A stretch of 64,000 bases of DNA from Candidatus Methanomethylicaceae archaeon GD_Cm_T35_P0_bin.15 (GCA_038801785.1 JAULTD010000001.1:41069-105068); one strand, 5' to 3'; shown: positions 44,058-54,306, numbered from the stretch's first letter. Numbers and translations are program-made. Notes: generated by a model from the letters alone, not told the origin.

Positions 44058-45044
44058 CTATTCCACCTTGGGCCCGCCGCTTAAGCCAATATTGGCTCCG
44101 ACCAAGAGGGGGAGGGTTATCGTCACATCCCCGAAGACAGCCGCCTGCCTCGCACTCGGCCTGAGCTTCCCCCAGGAGATCGCCTCCCTGGGCATCGCGC
44201 CCGAGAGGCTCCCGTCATATTCCTGCGCAGTCGTCAGGTAGATACAGTAATCGAGGCCTTCCCTAAACTGATTCCACCAGATCACGTGGTGCTTGCTGAT
44301 GCCCCCGCCGATTATTATGGCGCCCGTCTTTCTGGCATCGAATACCGTGTTGAGGATGGAGTTCATGTCCCTGAACAGGTTCAGTTTGACCTTGCTGGTC
44401 TGGGAGTAGAAGAACAGGTTGGTCCCAAACGAACCGTCTATGATCCCCGGCACGTAGACAGGGACCCCCCTGTCATAGGCAGCCTTCAGTATCGAGTTGC
44501 CATCTTTTATCCGGCTCCCGAACGCTGCCGCCAGCTCGCTGGGAGAGACGTCTTCCTTACCTCCGGTTATCTCGGGCAGAGCCTCCCTCATGACCCTTTC
44601 GATGAGCGGCCCGTAATCCTCCAACGGAATCACCACGTTGCCGAGCCGGTGTATCTCCAGCTCGTTCAGCATGGCGTCGTCCAGCTCGAACCTCCCCGGA
44701 GAGTACCTCCCGCCATACGATCTTGCGATGTCGTGATCCAGGGCGCCGCAAGTCGTCACAATGGCATTCACCCACCCTTCCCTCACCATCTGGGCAAGGA
44801 CCCCTCTCAACCCTGTAGAGACCAGGTTGCCGGTGAAGGAGAGAAAGGTCGTGCACCCCCTCTCCCGGATCATCTCGCCTAGAATTTCAGAGGCCTCTGC
44901 CAGGTGCGCGGCCATGAACCCCCCCATCCTGCCCATCCCCTTGACCAGTTCTCTTATGGACATCTCCCCGCTGACCTTCAGGTCCTCTATCCCGGCAGAT
45001 ATGAGCGAGTCTTTCATCGCCTTCTTGGTTCCATTGTTGACCAA
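44058..45044 (-). CDS. dys: Deoxyhypusine synthase
   Basis: Typical DHS pattern: FLSFTGNLVSTGLRGV, TTCGALDHD, IIGGGISKHH and EAISWGK. Confidence 0.9.
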   Translation of the reverse strand: MVNNGTKKAMKDSLISAGIEDLKVSGEMSIRELVKGMGRMGGFMAAHLAEASEILGEMIRERGCTTFLSFTGNLVSTGLRGVLAQMVREGWVNAIVTTCGALDHDIARSYGGRYSPGRFELDDAMLNELEIHRLGNVVIPLEDYGPLIERVMREALPEITGGKEDVSPSELAAAFGSRIKDGNSILKAAYDRGVPVYVPGIIDGSFGTNLFFYSQTSKVKLNLFRDMNSILNTVFDARKTGAIIIGGGISKHHVIWWNQFREGLDYCIYLTTAQEYDGSLSGAMPREAISWGKLRPSARQAAVFGDVTITLPLLVGANIGLSGGPKVE

Positions 45045-45277
45045 CGGTCTTCCTCCACAGGACTATTGTCTCCCTGACCCTTAATAATGACTATTGGCGC
45101 ACTCACTGCCGCACCTCTATCCCCGAGGTTTACAGTCCGGGGGCATGCAGTATTGGGCACAGGCGTGCTGGCAGCACGGTTAGCACCATATGCGCCTCTG
45201 GGGCATATCGCCCAGCTTTCGCCAGCATTATACTCGATCCGCGCCCTGCCTGTTGTCCATGATCAAAATGCAAATAA

Positions 45278-45955
45278 ATGAATGAGGCGGAGTTGATCAG
45301 GACAGTGAAATTGAAGCGAGTTCCCCGGCATATCGGGATCATCCCGGACGGAAACCGCCGCTGGGCAATCGCACATGGTTTGTCGACGGAGAAGGGCTAC
45401 AGATACGGCATAGAGCCCGGAAAGGAACTCTTCCGGGAAGGGGTAAAGTCAGGGGTATCGGAGATCTCGGTTTATGCCTTCACTGAAGAGAATACACGGC
45501 GGCCCAAGGAGCAGATAGCCGCCTTCAAGGAGGCATGTGTGGAGTTCGTCGGATGGATGAGGAGTAGGGATGTCTCGCTGCTCGTTGTGGGAAACTCCGA
45601 CTCGCCCTCTTTCCCTGATGAGCTGAGGGATCTGACAGCACCCCGGAGCTGCTGTGAGGGGAGGATTAAGGTCAACTTCCTTGTGAACTATAGCTGGAGG
45701 TGGGATCTCGGCTGCGCAGCCCGGAACGGTAAACTTGGGCAGGGGATTCTTGCGGGCATAGGCTCCTGGGGGGTCTCCCCAATAGACCTCATCATCAGGT
45801 GGGGCGGCAGGAGAAGGTTGAGCGGTTTCCTCCCCATTCAGTCGGCTTACGCGGACATCTTTGTACTCGACGATCTCTGGCCCGACTTTAAAATCGCGCA
45901 TTTCCACGAGGCCCTGAGATGGTACGCGGAGCAGGACATCACCCGCGGAGGCTGA
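45278..45955 (+). CDS. cis-Prenyltransferase (UppS family), short paralog
   Basis: PRHIGIIPDGNRRWA, ISVYAFTEEN and RWGGRRRLSGFLPIQSAYADIF. Confidence 0.8.
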   Translation: MNEAELIRTVKLKRVPRHIGIIPDGNRRWAIAHGLSTEKGYRYGIEPGKELFREGVKSGVSEISVYAFTEENTRRPKEQIAAFKEACVEFVGWMRSRDVSLLVVGNSDSPSFPDELRDLTAPRSCCEGRIKVNFLVNYSWRWDLGCAARNGKLGQGILAGIGSWGVSPIDLIIRWGGRRRLSGFLPIQSAYADIFVLDDLWPDFKIAHFHEALRWYAEQDITRGG

Positions 45956-46042
45956 TTGCCCGCCCAGAACACTCCGCCGGGATGACCTCCACGCCGACCA
46001 AAAGATTTGAATCCCCGGAGGTCCAACTAATGATCGGGGAAG

Positions 46043-46699
46043 ATGAGTCGCTCGATGGCGGAGACCGCGATCCGCGAGCTGATATCGATCGAGACCGATT
46101 CTGTCAGCCTTGAGGGGATGCTGGAGATACCCGAGGGTGCCAGGGGGGTGGTGCTCTTTGCTCATGGGAGCGGCAGCAGCCGCCACAGCAAGCGCAACAA
46201 TTACGTTGCGGCAGTCCTCCGGAGCCACGGGATAGGGACCCTCCTCTTCGATCTACTGACGGTCGAGGAGGCGGAGGATCGTGCCAATGTCTTCAATATC
46301 GATCTGCTCGCAAGGAGGCTAGTGGGGGCGACTGCATGGGTCCAGCAGAGCGTTCAGGCAGGGGGCTTCGCCGTGGGGTACTTCGGGGCGAGCACGGGCG
46401 CCGCCGCGGCTCTGGTGGCCTCGATCTCTTCGCCCGTCACAATCTCCGCGATCGTCTCCCGGGGGGGACGCCCCGACATGGCTGGCGCCTCGCTTGACGC
46501 GGTGAGGGCTCCTACACTCCTCATCGTCGGAGGCGACGACCTCGAGGTCCTTCAGCTCAACCGGATGGCTTACGACCGGCTGCGTTCGGTCAAGGAGCTG
46601 GAGATCATCCCGGGGGCGACCCACCTCTTCGAGGAGCCTGGGGCGCTTGAACAGGTGGCACGTCTTGCAGGCAAATGGTTCATGAAGTACCTCGGGTAA
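46043..46699 (+). CDS. Alpha/beta hydrolase (dienelactone-hydrolase-like)
   Basis: VVLFAHGSGSSRHS, nucleophile-elbow-like GYFGASTGAAAAL and C-terminal GATHLFEE. Confidence 0.7.
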   Translation: MSRSMAETAIRELISIETDSVSLEGMLEIPEGARGVVLFAHGSGSSRHSKRNNYVAAVLRSHGIGTLLFDLLTVEEAEDRANVFNIDLLARRLVGATAWVQQSVQAGGFAVGYFGASTGAAAALVASISSPVTISAIVSRGGRPDMAGASLDAVRAPTLLIVGGDDLEVLQLNRMAYDRLRSVKELEIIPGATHLFEEPGALEQVARLAGKWFMKYLG

Positions 46700-46748
46700 C
46701 GCGTTTACGGCTGCCGATGCGGCGGCGGACCATCAGGATCGCGTTGGG

Positions 46749-47813
46749 TTGATAAGGAAAGACCTGCAGGCTAATACTGGTGGTAAAGTGAGGGCGTCCC
46801 TGCCACTCCTGGTGGCCCTGGTCCTCGCGGCAAGCAGCGGTGTCCTCTGGGCCTTTAGCGGGAGCGCCGTCTCCCGGGAGGGGGACACCCGGTCACGGAT
46901 AATCATGGATTCGAGCGGGGCCATGGTCGAGGTTCCACTCCACGCCGATCGGATCGTTGCCCTGAGGGCGGGGATAGTCGAGGCACTGATCGTCTTAGGG
47001 GAGGGGGATCGGATCGTTGGGGTGGACGACGGTACAAGGAGGGGCACCTATTACGATGGCCTGAACGCCCTCCTTGAGCCCCGCCTGCTGAACCTCAGCG
47101 CCCCGGTCGCGGGGAACAGTGTCAACCTGGAGCAGCTCATGGCGCTGGAGGCAGATATCGTATTGGCGGGTGGGTACAGCCGCACTGCTGCGATAGACCA
47201 GATGATGAGGGCCAACATCACCATGGCAGTCGTTCATTTCGAGGAGCTGGAGAACTTTGGTCGTGATCTGTGCATAATCGGCGCGATCGTGGACCGTGAA
47301 GAGGAGGCTGCCGGGATCTCGTCTTACCTCCAAGAGATTATCGACTTTGTGGGCTCCAGGGTCAGCGCCATCCCTCCCGAGGAGAGAAAGAAGGTCTACT
47401 TCTGCGGCTATGACCTCTACCACGCCTACAGCGGCAAGACCTTCGAGCATAGCCAGATAGTGGCAGCTGGCGGGATCGACGTCGCCGAGAATGTCACGGG
47501 CTACCTGCCGCAGGTATCTCCAGAGCAGATCGTGGCGTGGAACCCCGAGGTGATATTCACGCTCAGCGGTGTAGACATAGAGGCACTGATGCAGGATCCG
47601 AAGGTGGGGGGGATCACGGCGATCAGGAGCGGGCAGGTATATTGCATGCCCGAGCCTGGCTGGGATTATGGATCCATGCGCTCAGTCTTGGCGGTGGAGT
47701 GGATGGCATCAAAGCTCTACCCCGAGAGGTTCGTTGATGTCGATATGATGGAGGTCGCAGATCTGTTCTACCACAAGCTCTATGGCATAGGTTATGGGGG
47801 CCCTCCCCTCTGA
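46749..47813 (+). CDS. ABC-transporter substrate-binding protein, Fe-siderophore/cobalamin (FecB/BtuF-like) class; orphan
   Basis: N-terminal TM anchor. Pattern RIVALRAGIVEALIVLGEGDRIVGVDD ... PEVIF is typical of this class. No adjacent permease or ATPase. Confidence 0.7.
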   Translation: MIRKDLQANTGGKVRASLPLLVALVLAASSGVLWAFSGSAVSREGDTRSRIIMDSSGAMVEVPLHADRIVALRAGIVEALIVLGEGDRIVGVDDGTRRGTYYDGLNALLEPRLLNLSAPVAGNSVNLEQLMALEADIVLAGGYSRTAAIDQMMRANITMAVVHFEELENFGRDLCIIGAIVDREEEAAGISSYLQEIIDFVGSRVSAIPPEERKKVYFCGYDLYHAYSGKTFEHSQIVAAGGIDVAENVTGYLPQVSPEQIVAWNPEVIFTLSGVDIEALMQDPKVGGITAIRSGQVYCMPEPGWDYGSMRSVLAVEWMASKLYPERFVDVDMMEVADLFYHKLYGIGYGGPPL

Positions 47814-47868
47814 GAGGTGAGGTGCCTCCCGCCATAACCTAAAATAAAAGATAGCAGCGTAGTATTCA

Positions 47869-48153
47869 GTGATATCAAATATGGATGTCGAGATGAGCGG
47901 GGACAGGTTCATCATCAAGCTAAGCGATAAAGCCACCGCAGAACTCGTCTTCAGGAGGGATGGCGGAGTCCTGTATTTGGACTCGACGTATACCCCCGAA
48001 GAGTTCCGGGGGAGGGGGATCGGAAGCAGGCTTGTGCAGGCGGCCATACGTTACGCTGAAGGGGAGAAGCTGAAGATAGTCCCCAACTGTGAGTTCGCGA
48101 TCGAATATTTTAAGAGCCATCCGGAACATAGCTCTCTGCTCCACAAGAGCTGA
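47869..48153 (+). CDS. Small GNAT-like acetyltransferase (YjdJ type)
   Basis: LDSTYTPEEFRGRGIGSRLVQAAIRYAEGEKLKIVPNCEF. Confidence 0.7.
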   Translation: MISNMDVEMSGDRFIIKLSDKATAELVFRRDGGVLYLDSTYTPEEFRGRGIGSRLVQAAIRYAEGEKLKIVPNCEFAIEYFKSHPEHSSLLHKS

Positions 48154-48159
48154 TCCAGC

Positions 48160-48732
48160 ATGCGCCTCCTAGAGGATCATGGACGCTACATCCTAGTGGC
48201 CACTCTGCTCCTTATTACAGGGTTGTCTCTCGGCGCTGCCACTCCCCAGGGCCAGGGGCCTGTCACCGAGGATCCCATCTTTGAAGGGCTTGAGCCCTTC
48301 CTCGAGTTCTACAAGCCGTACAATCCCCTGACGGTGCTATTCCTACTGGCCAAAAACTCGCTGACGGCAGCCATATCCTTCGTCTCGGGGCCCCTCCTCT
48401 GCATAGTGCCAGCGGGGATCCTCCTCTTCAACGGCTACCTTGTAGGCCTTCTGGGCGCAGCTATCGCGAGCGAATATTCTCTGCCTTTTGCCCTCTCGAC
48501 GCTGGTCCCCCACGGCGTCTTCGAATTCCCTGCATTGGTGCTCGCTTCAGCAGCAGGGATAAGATTGGGGGTGGCCGCCCTGAGGAAGGTAAACAGCAAG
48601 TTGCAGCGCACAGAGTACTCGTTCTCAGCGGAGTTCGGGAAAGGCCTCCGTGTCTTTGTCTTGGTCATAATCCTCCTCACCATCGCCGCCGTCATAGAGA
48701 CATACGTGACGCCGGCGCTCATCGGCACCTAG
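48160..48732 (+). CDS. SpoIIM/DUF95-family membrane protein
   Basis: NSLTAAISFVSG ... LVPHGVFEFPALVLASAAG pattern, with 5-6 TM helices. Confidence 0.7.
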   Translation: MRLLEDHGRYILVATLLLITGLSLGAATPQGQGPVTEDPIFEGLEPFLEFYKPYNPLTVLFLLAKNSLTAAISFVSGPLLCIVPAGILLFNGYLVGLLGAAIASEYSLPFALSTLVPHGVFEFPALVLASAAGIRLGVAALRKVNSKLQRTEYSFSAEFGKGLRVFVLVIILLTIAAVIETYVTPALIGT

Positions 48733-48793
48733 GCAGCAGGCAGTCTGCGGTTTATCGGAATGGGTTTGACAGCTTCGGATGAAAGCGGGCATT

Positions 48794-49846
48794 TCAGGTT
48801 GGCGCGTCCGAGACGATCTCTCCTGTCTCTGGGAGCGTGTGCAGTCCCGGCCACTTCTCCAACTCCTCGGCGAACCTCTTGGACCTGAGAACCGAGAGGA
48901 ACTTCTTGACTGACGGCTTTGCCAGCCTCCTCTTGCTGATTGCAAAATCATACAGCTCATCACGGATCTTCAAGAAGGTCAGACCGAACTCGGACGCCGT
49001 AGCCATGAGGCCCAGTCCCACATCAGCCCCCCCGGCCAGAACAGCCTTCGCCACCTCTTCATGGGTCCGAACCTCGTGATTATAGCCCCTCACCTTATGT
49101 ACGTCTATGCTATATTCCCTCAGGAGCATGTCCAGGAGTACCCTGGTGCCGGCACCGGGATTTCTGTTGATCAGCCTCACGTCCCCCCTCTCCAGATCCC
49201 TAACCCCGGTTATCCTCTTGGGATTGCCCCTCTTCACCATGAGCCCCTGCTGCCGGGCATACCCCCTAACCAGCACGGCATCGCCATCTGGCCAGAGCCT
49301 CCCGAGCGCGCCCATGTTGTATGAGCCCGTCTTTTCGTCGAGGATGTGGATTCCTGTTACATCTGCCTCACCTAGCATCAGGGCGGTAATCCCCGCGGTA
49401 GAGCCGACTTCAACAACCTCGACCGAGAAGCCTTCAATCATCGATGCCAGGATCCTCACGCCGATGCAGCTGCTGCCGATGATCGCCAAGTCGGGGCTCT
49501 TTACCTCCAGCATTCTAAAGTCTCTCCCTGCCCCCAGAAACTTTGAGACCTTCTCTTCTATCGCCTTGTACTCCTCCAAGAGCCGTGCACCCGCCTCCGT
49601 CAACACTGCCCCACCCCCTGCCTCACCTCCCCTCTGGGCCCTCACCATCTTCGCTGAAGCCCTCGCCTCCAGTTCCTGGATGGAATTCCAGACATGGGCG
49701 TAGGTAGTCCCCAAGGACCTGGAGGTGGCCATAAACGAGCCGGTGCGCCTGATGCCTTCCAGCATCCTGGCCTCCTTCTCCCCAAACAGGTATTTCCCGT
49801 CATCCTCGATCCAGATCGAGAAGCCCGGCCGGTGAACCATGGACAT
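48794..49846 (-). CDS. ModE-type HTH fused to a cytoplasmic PBP-like oxyanion-binding domain; candidate tungstate/molybdate-responsive regulator
   Basis: N-terminal GEKEARMLEGIRRTGSFMATSRSLGTTYAHVWNSIQELE (ModE-like HTH). C-terminal GEADVTGIHILDEKTGSYN ... RGNPKRITGVRDLERGDVRLINRNPGAGTR (PBP-like). Divergent from tupA. Confidence 0.7.
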   Translation of the reverse strand: MSMVHRPGFSIWIEDDGKYLFGEKEARMLEGIRRTGSFMATSRSLGTTYAHVWNSIQELEARASAKMVRAQRGGEAGGGAVLTEAGARLLEEYKAIEEKVSKFLGAGRDFRMLEVKSPDLAIIGSSCIGVRILASMIEGFSVEVVEVGSTAGITALMLGEADVTGIHILDEKTGSYNMGALGRLWPDGDAVLVRGYARQQGLMVKRGNPKRITGVRDLERGDVRLINRNPGAGTRVLLDMLLREYSIDVHKVRGYNHEVRTHEEVAKAVLAGGADVGLGLMATASEFGLTFLKIRDELYDFAISKRRLAKPSVKKFLSVLRSKRFAEELEKWPGLHTLPETGEIVSDAPT

Positions 49847-49899
49847 ATTATCCCCACAACCTATTTTAAGGTGGTCGATATATCAAAGTAAATATAACG
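49847..49899. promoter_or_regulatory. 53-bp divergent promoter/operator region between the regulator and tupA
   Basis: An AT-rich core gtcgatatatcaaagtaaatataac lies between two divergent start codons. Confidence 0.4.
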
Positions 49900-50841
49900 G
49901 TGAGCGGCATGGTTTCAGGCAAAAGACTGATGGTTTTAGCGGTCATAGTCGTGACGGTTGCTGCTGTCGCTTTATACGCATTTCAGCCCTCGACCCAGCA
50001 GAGGCTGGTGATAGCCACCACCACATCCACCGTCGACACGGGCCTGCTCGCCTACCTCAAGCCATATTTCGATAGCAAGTTCAACGCGAACATGACGTGG
50101 CTCTACCTGGGAACGGGGCAAGCCGTTGAAGTGGCATCGCGGGGGGATGCGGACATCCTCCTCGTCCATGACAGGGCCAGAGAGGACGAATTTGTATCGT
50201 CGGGAAATGGAACCCTGAGGATTACTGTGATGTACAATGACTTCGTAATCATCGGCCCGCCGGGTGACCCTGCCGGCGCTGCAGGGATAAACGCTACTCA
50301 GGCCATGATGCGGATCTCGGAGGCGGGTTCCGCAGGGATCACGACCTTCGTCTCGAGGGGCGACAGGTCAGGCACGCATGCACTTGAGCTGAGGCTATGG
50401 GCTGCGGCGGGGGTGACTGACCCCGTGGGAGACTGGTACAAATCGGCCGGGTCGGGGATGACTGCCACCATCAGGATTGCTAATGAACTGGGGGGATATA
50501 CGATAAGCGACCGTGGAACGTTCTACAAATTACAGGAGACGATGAATGAGACCCTCAAAATGGAGATACTCTGCGAGAACGACTCGGCGTTGCTCAACCC
50601 ATACGGCATAGTGCTTCTCAACTCGACAAGATACCCAAACATCAAGTCCAGCCTCGCCAATGACTTCCTGCTCTTCATGGTGAGCGGGGAAGGTCAGGCC
50701 CTCATCGACAGCTTCAGGGCAGGGGGCAAGCAGCTCTTCTTCCCCATCTATGGCAGTCCCGAATCGATCGGCCTCCCATCCGAGAACGCAACGGTGGCGT
50801 ATCTGAACTCCCAGTTGAGGGCCAGGGGTATGAGCCCATAG
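49900..50841 (+). CDS. tupA: Tungstate ABC transporter substrate-binding protein
   Basis: TupA-type LVIATTTSTVDTGLL (TTTS motif) and GTGQAVEVASRGDADILLVHD. N-terminal membrane anchor. Confidence 0.8.
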   Translation: MSGMVSGKRLMVLAVIVVTVAAVALYAFQPSTQQRLVIATTTSTVDTGLLAYLKPYFDSKFNANMTWLYLGTGQAVEVASRGDADILLVHDRAREDEFVSSGNGTLRITVMYNDFVIIGPPGDPAGAAGINATQAMMRISEAGSAGITTFVSRGDRSGTHALELRLWAAAGVTDPVGDWYKSAGSGMTATIRIANELGGYTISDRGTFYKLQETMNETLKMEILCENDSALLNPYGIVLLNSTRYPNIKSSLANDFLLFMVSGEGQALIDSFRAGGKQLFFPIYGSPESIGLPSENATVAYLNSQLRARGMSP

Positions 50842-50897
50842 GTCAAGAATGACTTACGCAGGCTGTCCCCGGAGGCGCATGTTGTGAGGCGATATCC

Positions 50898-51617
50898 ATG
50901 GACGGATTCCAGATACTGGTAGATGGGCTCCTTACCGCGCTCCGCCTGCTGGCATCATGCGATCCGGAGGTCCTCAATATCACGGCCCTCTCGCTCAGGG
51001 TCTCGCTGACGGCCACTCTGATCGGCGCGCTCCTGGGGATCCCCCTCGGTTTCTTCGTGGCTACGAGGACGTTCCTTGGCAAATCTGTCCTCACGACTTT
51101 GATCAATACGTTTATGGGACTTCCTCCGGTAGCGGTAGGCCTGGTCGTTTATATACTTCTCTCAGCCTACGGGCCGCTGGGATTCCTCAGGCTACTGTAC
51201 ACCCCCGAAGCCATGATAATTGCTCAGACGGTGCTGACATTCCCCATAGTCTGCGGCATCACGATATCATCGGTATCAAGCCTGAACCCCCTACTGATGG
51301 ATACGCTGGTCTCCATGTCTGCGTCGCCAGCTTGGCAGGCGAGGATTCTCCTCAACGAGAGCAGACTGGGCCTGATCACCGCAGTCATCGCTGCCTTCGG
51401 CGGAGCCATCTCTGAGGTGGGTGCGATAATGATAGTAGGCGGGAACCTCCTGGGATATACGCGGGCGTTAACTACCGCCATCATGCTCTACACCAATACC
51501 GGAGAGTTCGCCATTGCAATTGCGCTCGGGATAATACTCCTGATCATCGCCTTCGTCGTCAACCTTGTACTGACCCGCCTCCAGGTCCATTCAAAGAAGA
51601 AGCGCGAGGGGAGATAA
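50898..51617 (+). CDS. tupB: Tungstate ABC transporter permease
   Basis: About 5-6 TM helices with a binding-protein-dependent permease fold. Lies between tupA and tupC. Confidence 0.8.
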   Translation: MDGFQILVDGLLTALRLLASCDPEVLNITALSLRVSLTATLIGALLGIPLGFFVATRTFLGKSVLTTLINTFMGLPPVAVGLVVYILLSAYGPLGFLRLLYTPEAMIIAQTVLTFPIVCGITISSVSSLNPLLMDTLVSMSASPAWQARILLNESRLGLITAVIAAFGGAISEVGAIMIVGGNLLGYTRALTTAIMLYTNTGEFAIAIALGIILLIIAFVVNLVLTRLQVHSKKKREGR

Positions 51618-51618
51618 C

Positions 51619-52341
51619 GTGGCGACCTTCCTTGAGCTGGATTCGCTAAGCAAGAGCTACAAAAAGCCTGCACTCAGGGGGGTGAGCTTCGGCGTCGCAA
51701 GAGGCGACTTTGTGGCAGTTGTCGGACCCAGTGGCGCCGGGAAGAGCACGCTCCTGAGGCTGGTAGGGGGATTGGACGTGCCCGACTCGGGGCGGGTTCT
51801 CATCGAGGGGGCGGACATAACGGGACAGATGCCTGCTGCGATCCGAAGGAGGGTGGGGATGGTCTTCCAGACCCCCGTCCTCTTCGATGCGAGCGTGTAT
51901 GACAACATCTCATACGGCCTCAGGTTCAGAAGAACAGCGCAGGCGGAGATCTCCGCGAGGGTCTCCGAGGCCCTGAGAGCGCTATATCTCTGCGACCTCA
52001 GGGACAGGAATGCCCTGACCCTTTCGGGAGGGGAAGCGCAGCGGGTCGCCCTCGCAAGGATACTCGTCTACAGGCCCGATCTCCTACTCCTTGACGAGCC
52101 TACTGCCAACCTCGACCCTTATAATGTCTCGATAATCGAGGAGGTCCTCAGGGAGGCTAACAGGGCGGGCACCACTATAATAATCGTCACCCACAACATC
52201 TTCCAAGCCAAGCGCTTGACCAGACGGGTCGCCTTCCTCCTCAGCGGGGAACTAGTAGAGATCGCGGACACCAGAACCTTCTTCGAGCAGCCGGGTGATA
52301 AACGGACCTCACAGTTCATCCGCGGCGAGATGATCTATTAG
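51619..52341 (+). CDS. tupC: Tungstate ABC transporter ATP-binding protein
   Basis: Walker A GPSGAGKST, signature LSGGEAQRV and Walker B LLLLDEP. Confidence 0.85.
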   Translation: MATFLELDSLSKSYKKPALRGVSFGVARGDFVAVVGPSGAGKSTLLRLVGGLDVPDSGRVLIEGADITGQMPAAIRRRVGMVFQTPVLFDASVYDNISYGLRFRRTAQAEISARVSEALRALYLCDLRDRNALTLSGGEAQRVALARILVYRPDLLLLDEPTANLDPYNVSIIEEVLREANRAGTTIIIVTHNIFQAKRLTRRVAFLLSGELVEIADTRTFFEQPGDKRTSQFIRGEMIY

Positions 52342-52676
52342 GCGTCCATCCCGGTCCTCTCGTCCAGAGTCTCTTTTTTGTCCCTTCTCTCATCAATTCT
52401 TATCGTTGTCAAGACCCGGGAAGCGCCCTTGGCCAGCACAGCTTCATGCGCCGCCTTGATGATCTCAAACGCCCTCTCGAGACTCTCGGCCTCTATCGCC
52501 GTACCCATAGGCGACACCTGATAACGGACCCCTGAGCCCTTCACGCTCCTGATCGCCTCTAAGACCCACTCCTTCATGCTGGTGCTCCCGGTCCCCAGCG
52601 GGACTACCGAAAATTCCACAATTACGCCAGTTGCGGGTTTAATGGTCTTTACACTCCTTCTGGCAGGTACTGCCAA
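52338..52676 (-). CDS. MTH1187/YkoF-family (DUF77) small ligand-binding protein
   Basis: VIVEFSVVPLGTGSTSM ... YQVSPMGTAIEAES ... RVLTTIRIDERRDK. Confidence 0.75.
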   Translation of the reverse strand: MAVPARRSVKTIKPATGVIVEFSVVPLGTGSTSMKEWVLEAIRSVKGSGVRYQVSPMGTAIEAESLERAFEIIKAAHEAVLAKGASRVLTTIRIDERRDKKETLDERTGMDA

Positions 52677-52859
52677 TGATCAATTCGTGATGGTGGGATA
52701 TATTCTTTCGTCGTCCCGCCGCATAGGCTGGATCGTATCGAGCCTGAACAGGACGGTAGGCTGGCAGGGATCTTCTGGAAGACGCCAATCATGGCGGCTG
52801 GCTGGATCGGGCGCGTTATAAAAAAGAGTGGCACCGTTCCTCCGGCCACTACTGCAGGC

Positions 52860-53219
52860 TTATTCCTCCCAATAGGGCTTGTAGCCATAGTAACTGAAGA
52901 CTTCGCTCATCCAGCGACGGTCGGTGATCATGGGCCATTTATCCTTGTCGAATGCCGGGCCCTTCTTCAGAGCCTCTTTGTCGATATCGGAGACGAACAT
53001 CCGTTCTTCCGACCGCAGCCTCAGGGCCTTCCATGGAACCGCAAAAGTCTTGCCACCTATACCCAGCACGCCGCTAAGGGACAGGACGGCGTATGCAATT
53101 CTACCAGAGTCGATGTCGATCTTGATATCCTCAATCTTCCCCAAGTCTTCCCCTTTGGGGTTCTTAACCCCTTCACCTATTATCGCGGAGGCAGACAATA
53201 ACCTTGGCTCGGTATCCAT
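52860..53219 (-). CDS. PRC-barrel domain protein
   Basis: IIGEGVKNPKGEDLGKIEDIKIDIDSGRIAYAVLSLSG ... FAVPWKAL. Confidence 0.8.
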   Translation of the reverse strand: MDTEPRLLSASAIIGEGVKNPKGEDLGKIEDIKIDIDSGRIAYAVLSLSGVLGIGGKTFAVPWKALRLRSEERMFVSDIDKEALKKGPAFDKDKWPMITDRRWMSEVFSYYGYKPYWEE

Positions 53220-53433
53220 ATTGTCTCTCCATAAAAGAAATACGCCGGCGGGAATTTATCCTTTTAGGATGGCAGAGATCAGTCAGGGGGCAGTAGTTAA
53301 AGCATGGCACTGGATAAACGAACACTAAACAGGCATAAGAAAGATAAAATAGCGCTAATTTAAAATTGAACGCTATTCTGACAATCAGCTTTTATATAGC
53401 GAATACGGTTATTATGATGGTGAAGAAGCGAAG

Positions 53434-53583
53434 ATGATCCTGGAGTTAGCAATCCTATTCTTCATCATCGCGATAGTTGCAATGCTTCTGGGTGCAAGGG
53501 GTGTCGCGGGGCTGTCGATGAGCGTCGCGAAATGGCTTTTCATAATATTCATAATACTCGCCATCGTATCCCTACTCATATAG
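53434..53583 (+). CDS. DUF1328 (UPF0391) small membrane protein, 49 aa; too short for the ORF track
   Basis: My translation: [49 protein letters not shown], the classic DUF1328 pattern (LGxxGxAG...AK.LF). Confidence 0.7.
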   Translation: MILELAILFFIIAIVAMLLGARGVAGLSMSVAKWLFIIFIILAIVSLLI

Positions 53584-53682
53584 GACTGGCTTTCGGTCAG
53601 CCTCTCCTCCTTTTTGCTACGGCGAGTTTTTACTCAATAATGAGTAGATACTCTTAAATGTTGGCGCTGAAGTCTGATCAGC

Positions 53683-54306
53683 GTGGTTCAGATAATGAGA
53701 ACGGCAACCAGACCCTTTAAGATCACGATAATTGCACTGATGATCGCTCTCTCGGCGGTATTTGAATTTGTCAACAGGGCCCTACCTATCAGGGTCCCCT
53801 GGGGAATGTCCATAGACTTTGTGGCAGTGCCCGTCATAATCGCCTTCTTCATCCTGGGCACGCGCTACGCGATCCTGTCCGGTCTCGGGATGGCTTTGGT
53901 CATAATGGCGCTCTTCGGCGACTTTGTGGGAGGCACCTTGAAACTCGTGGCAACTTTGACGATGGTCCTGGTCATGGGCATGCTTACGTTGGCACCCTTT
54001 AGCAGGGAGGGGCCCTCTGTAGCCTACCGATCCCTGCCAAGGTTCATAGCAGGCGCAGCCCTCGCTTTGGCTGTTAGGTGCGCGGTTGCGGCTGCCGTCA
54101 ACTACTACTGGGCCCTCCCGATATTCTTCTCAATGCCGATCGAGAACCTGATCCAGACCTTCTTCATGGGATCGATGACGGGCTTCATAGTCTTCGTCTC
54201 AACCATGAATCTCACCCAGGGGATCATCGACCTGGCGGTCTCGTGGTTCATAGTCTTTGGGGGCAGGCTCGCCAACCGGGCTTCCTACCTGACCCGCCGC
54301 GCCTGA
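53683..54306 (+). CDS. Polytopic membrane protein, possibly an ECF-transporter S-component-like substrate carrier
   Basis: About 6 TM helices. The general layout resembles ECF S components, but there is no diagnostic motif. Confidence 0.4.
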   Translation: MVQIMRTATRPFKITIIALMIALSAVFEFVNRALPIRVPWGMSIDFVAVPVIIAFFILGTRYAILSGLGMALVIMALFGDFVGGTLKLVATLTMVLVMGMLTLAPFSREGPSVAYRSLPRFIAGAALALAVRCAVAAAVNYYWALPIFFSMPIENLIQTFFMGSMTGFIVFVSTMNLTQGIIDLAVSWFIVFGGRLANRASYLTRRA

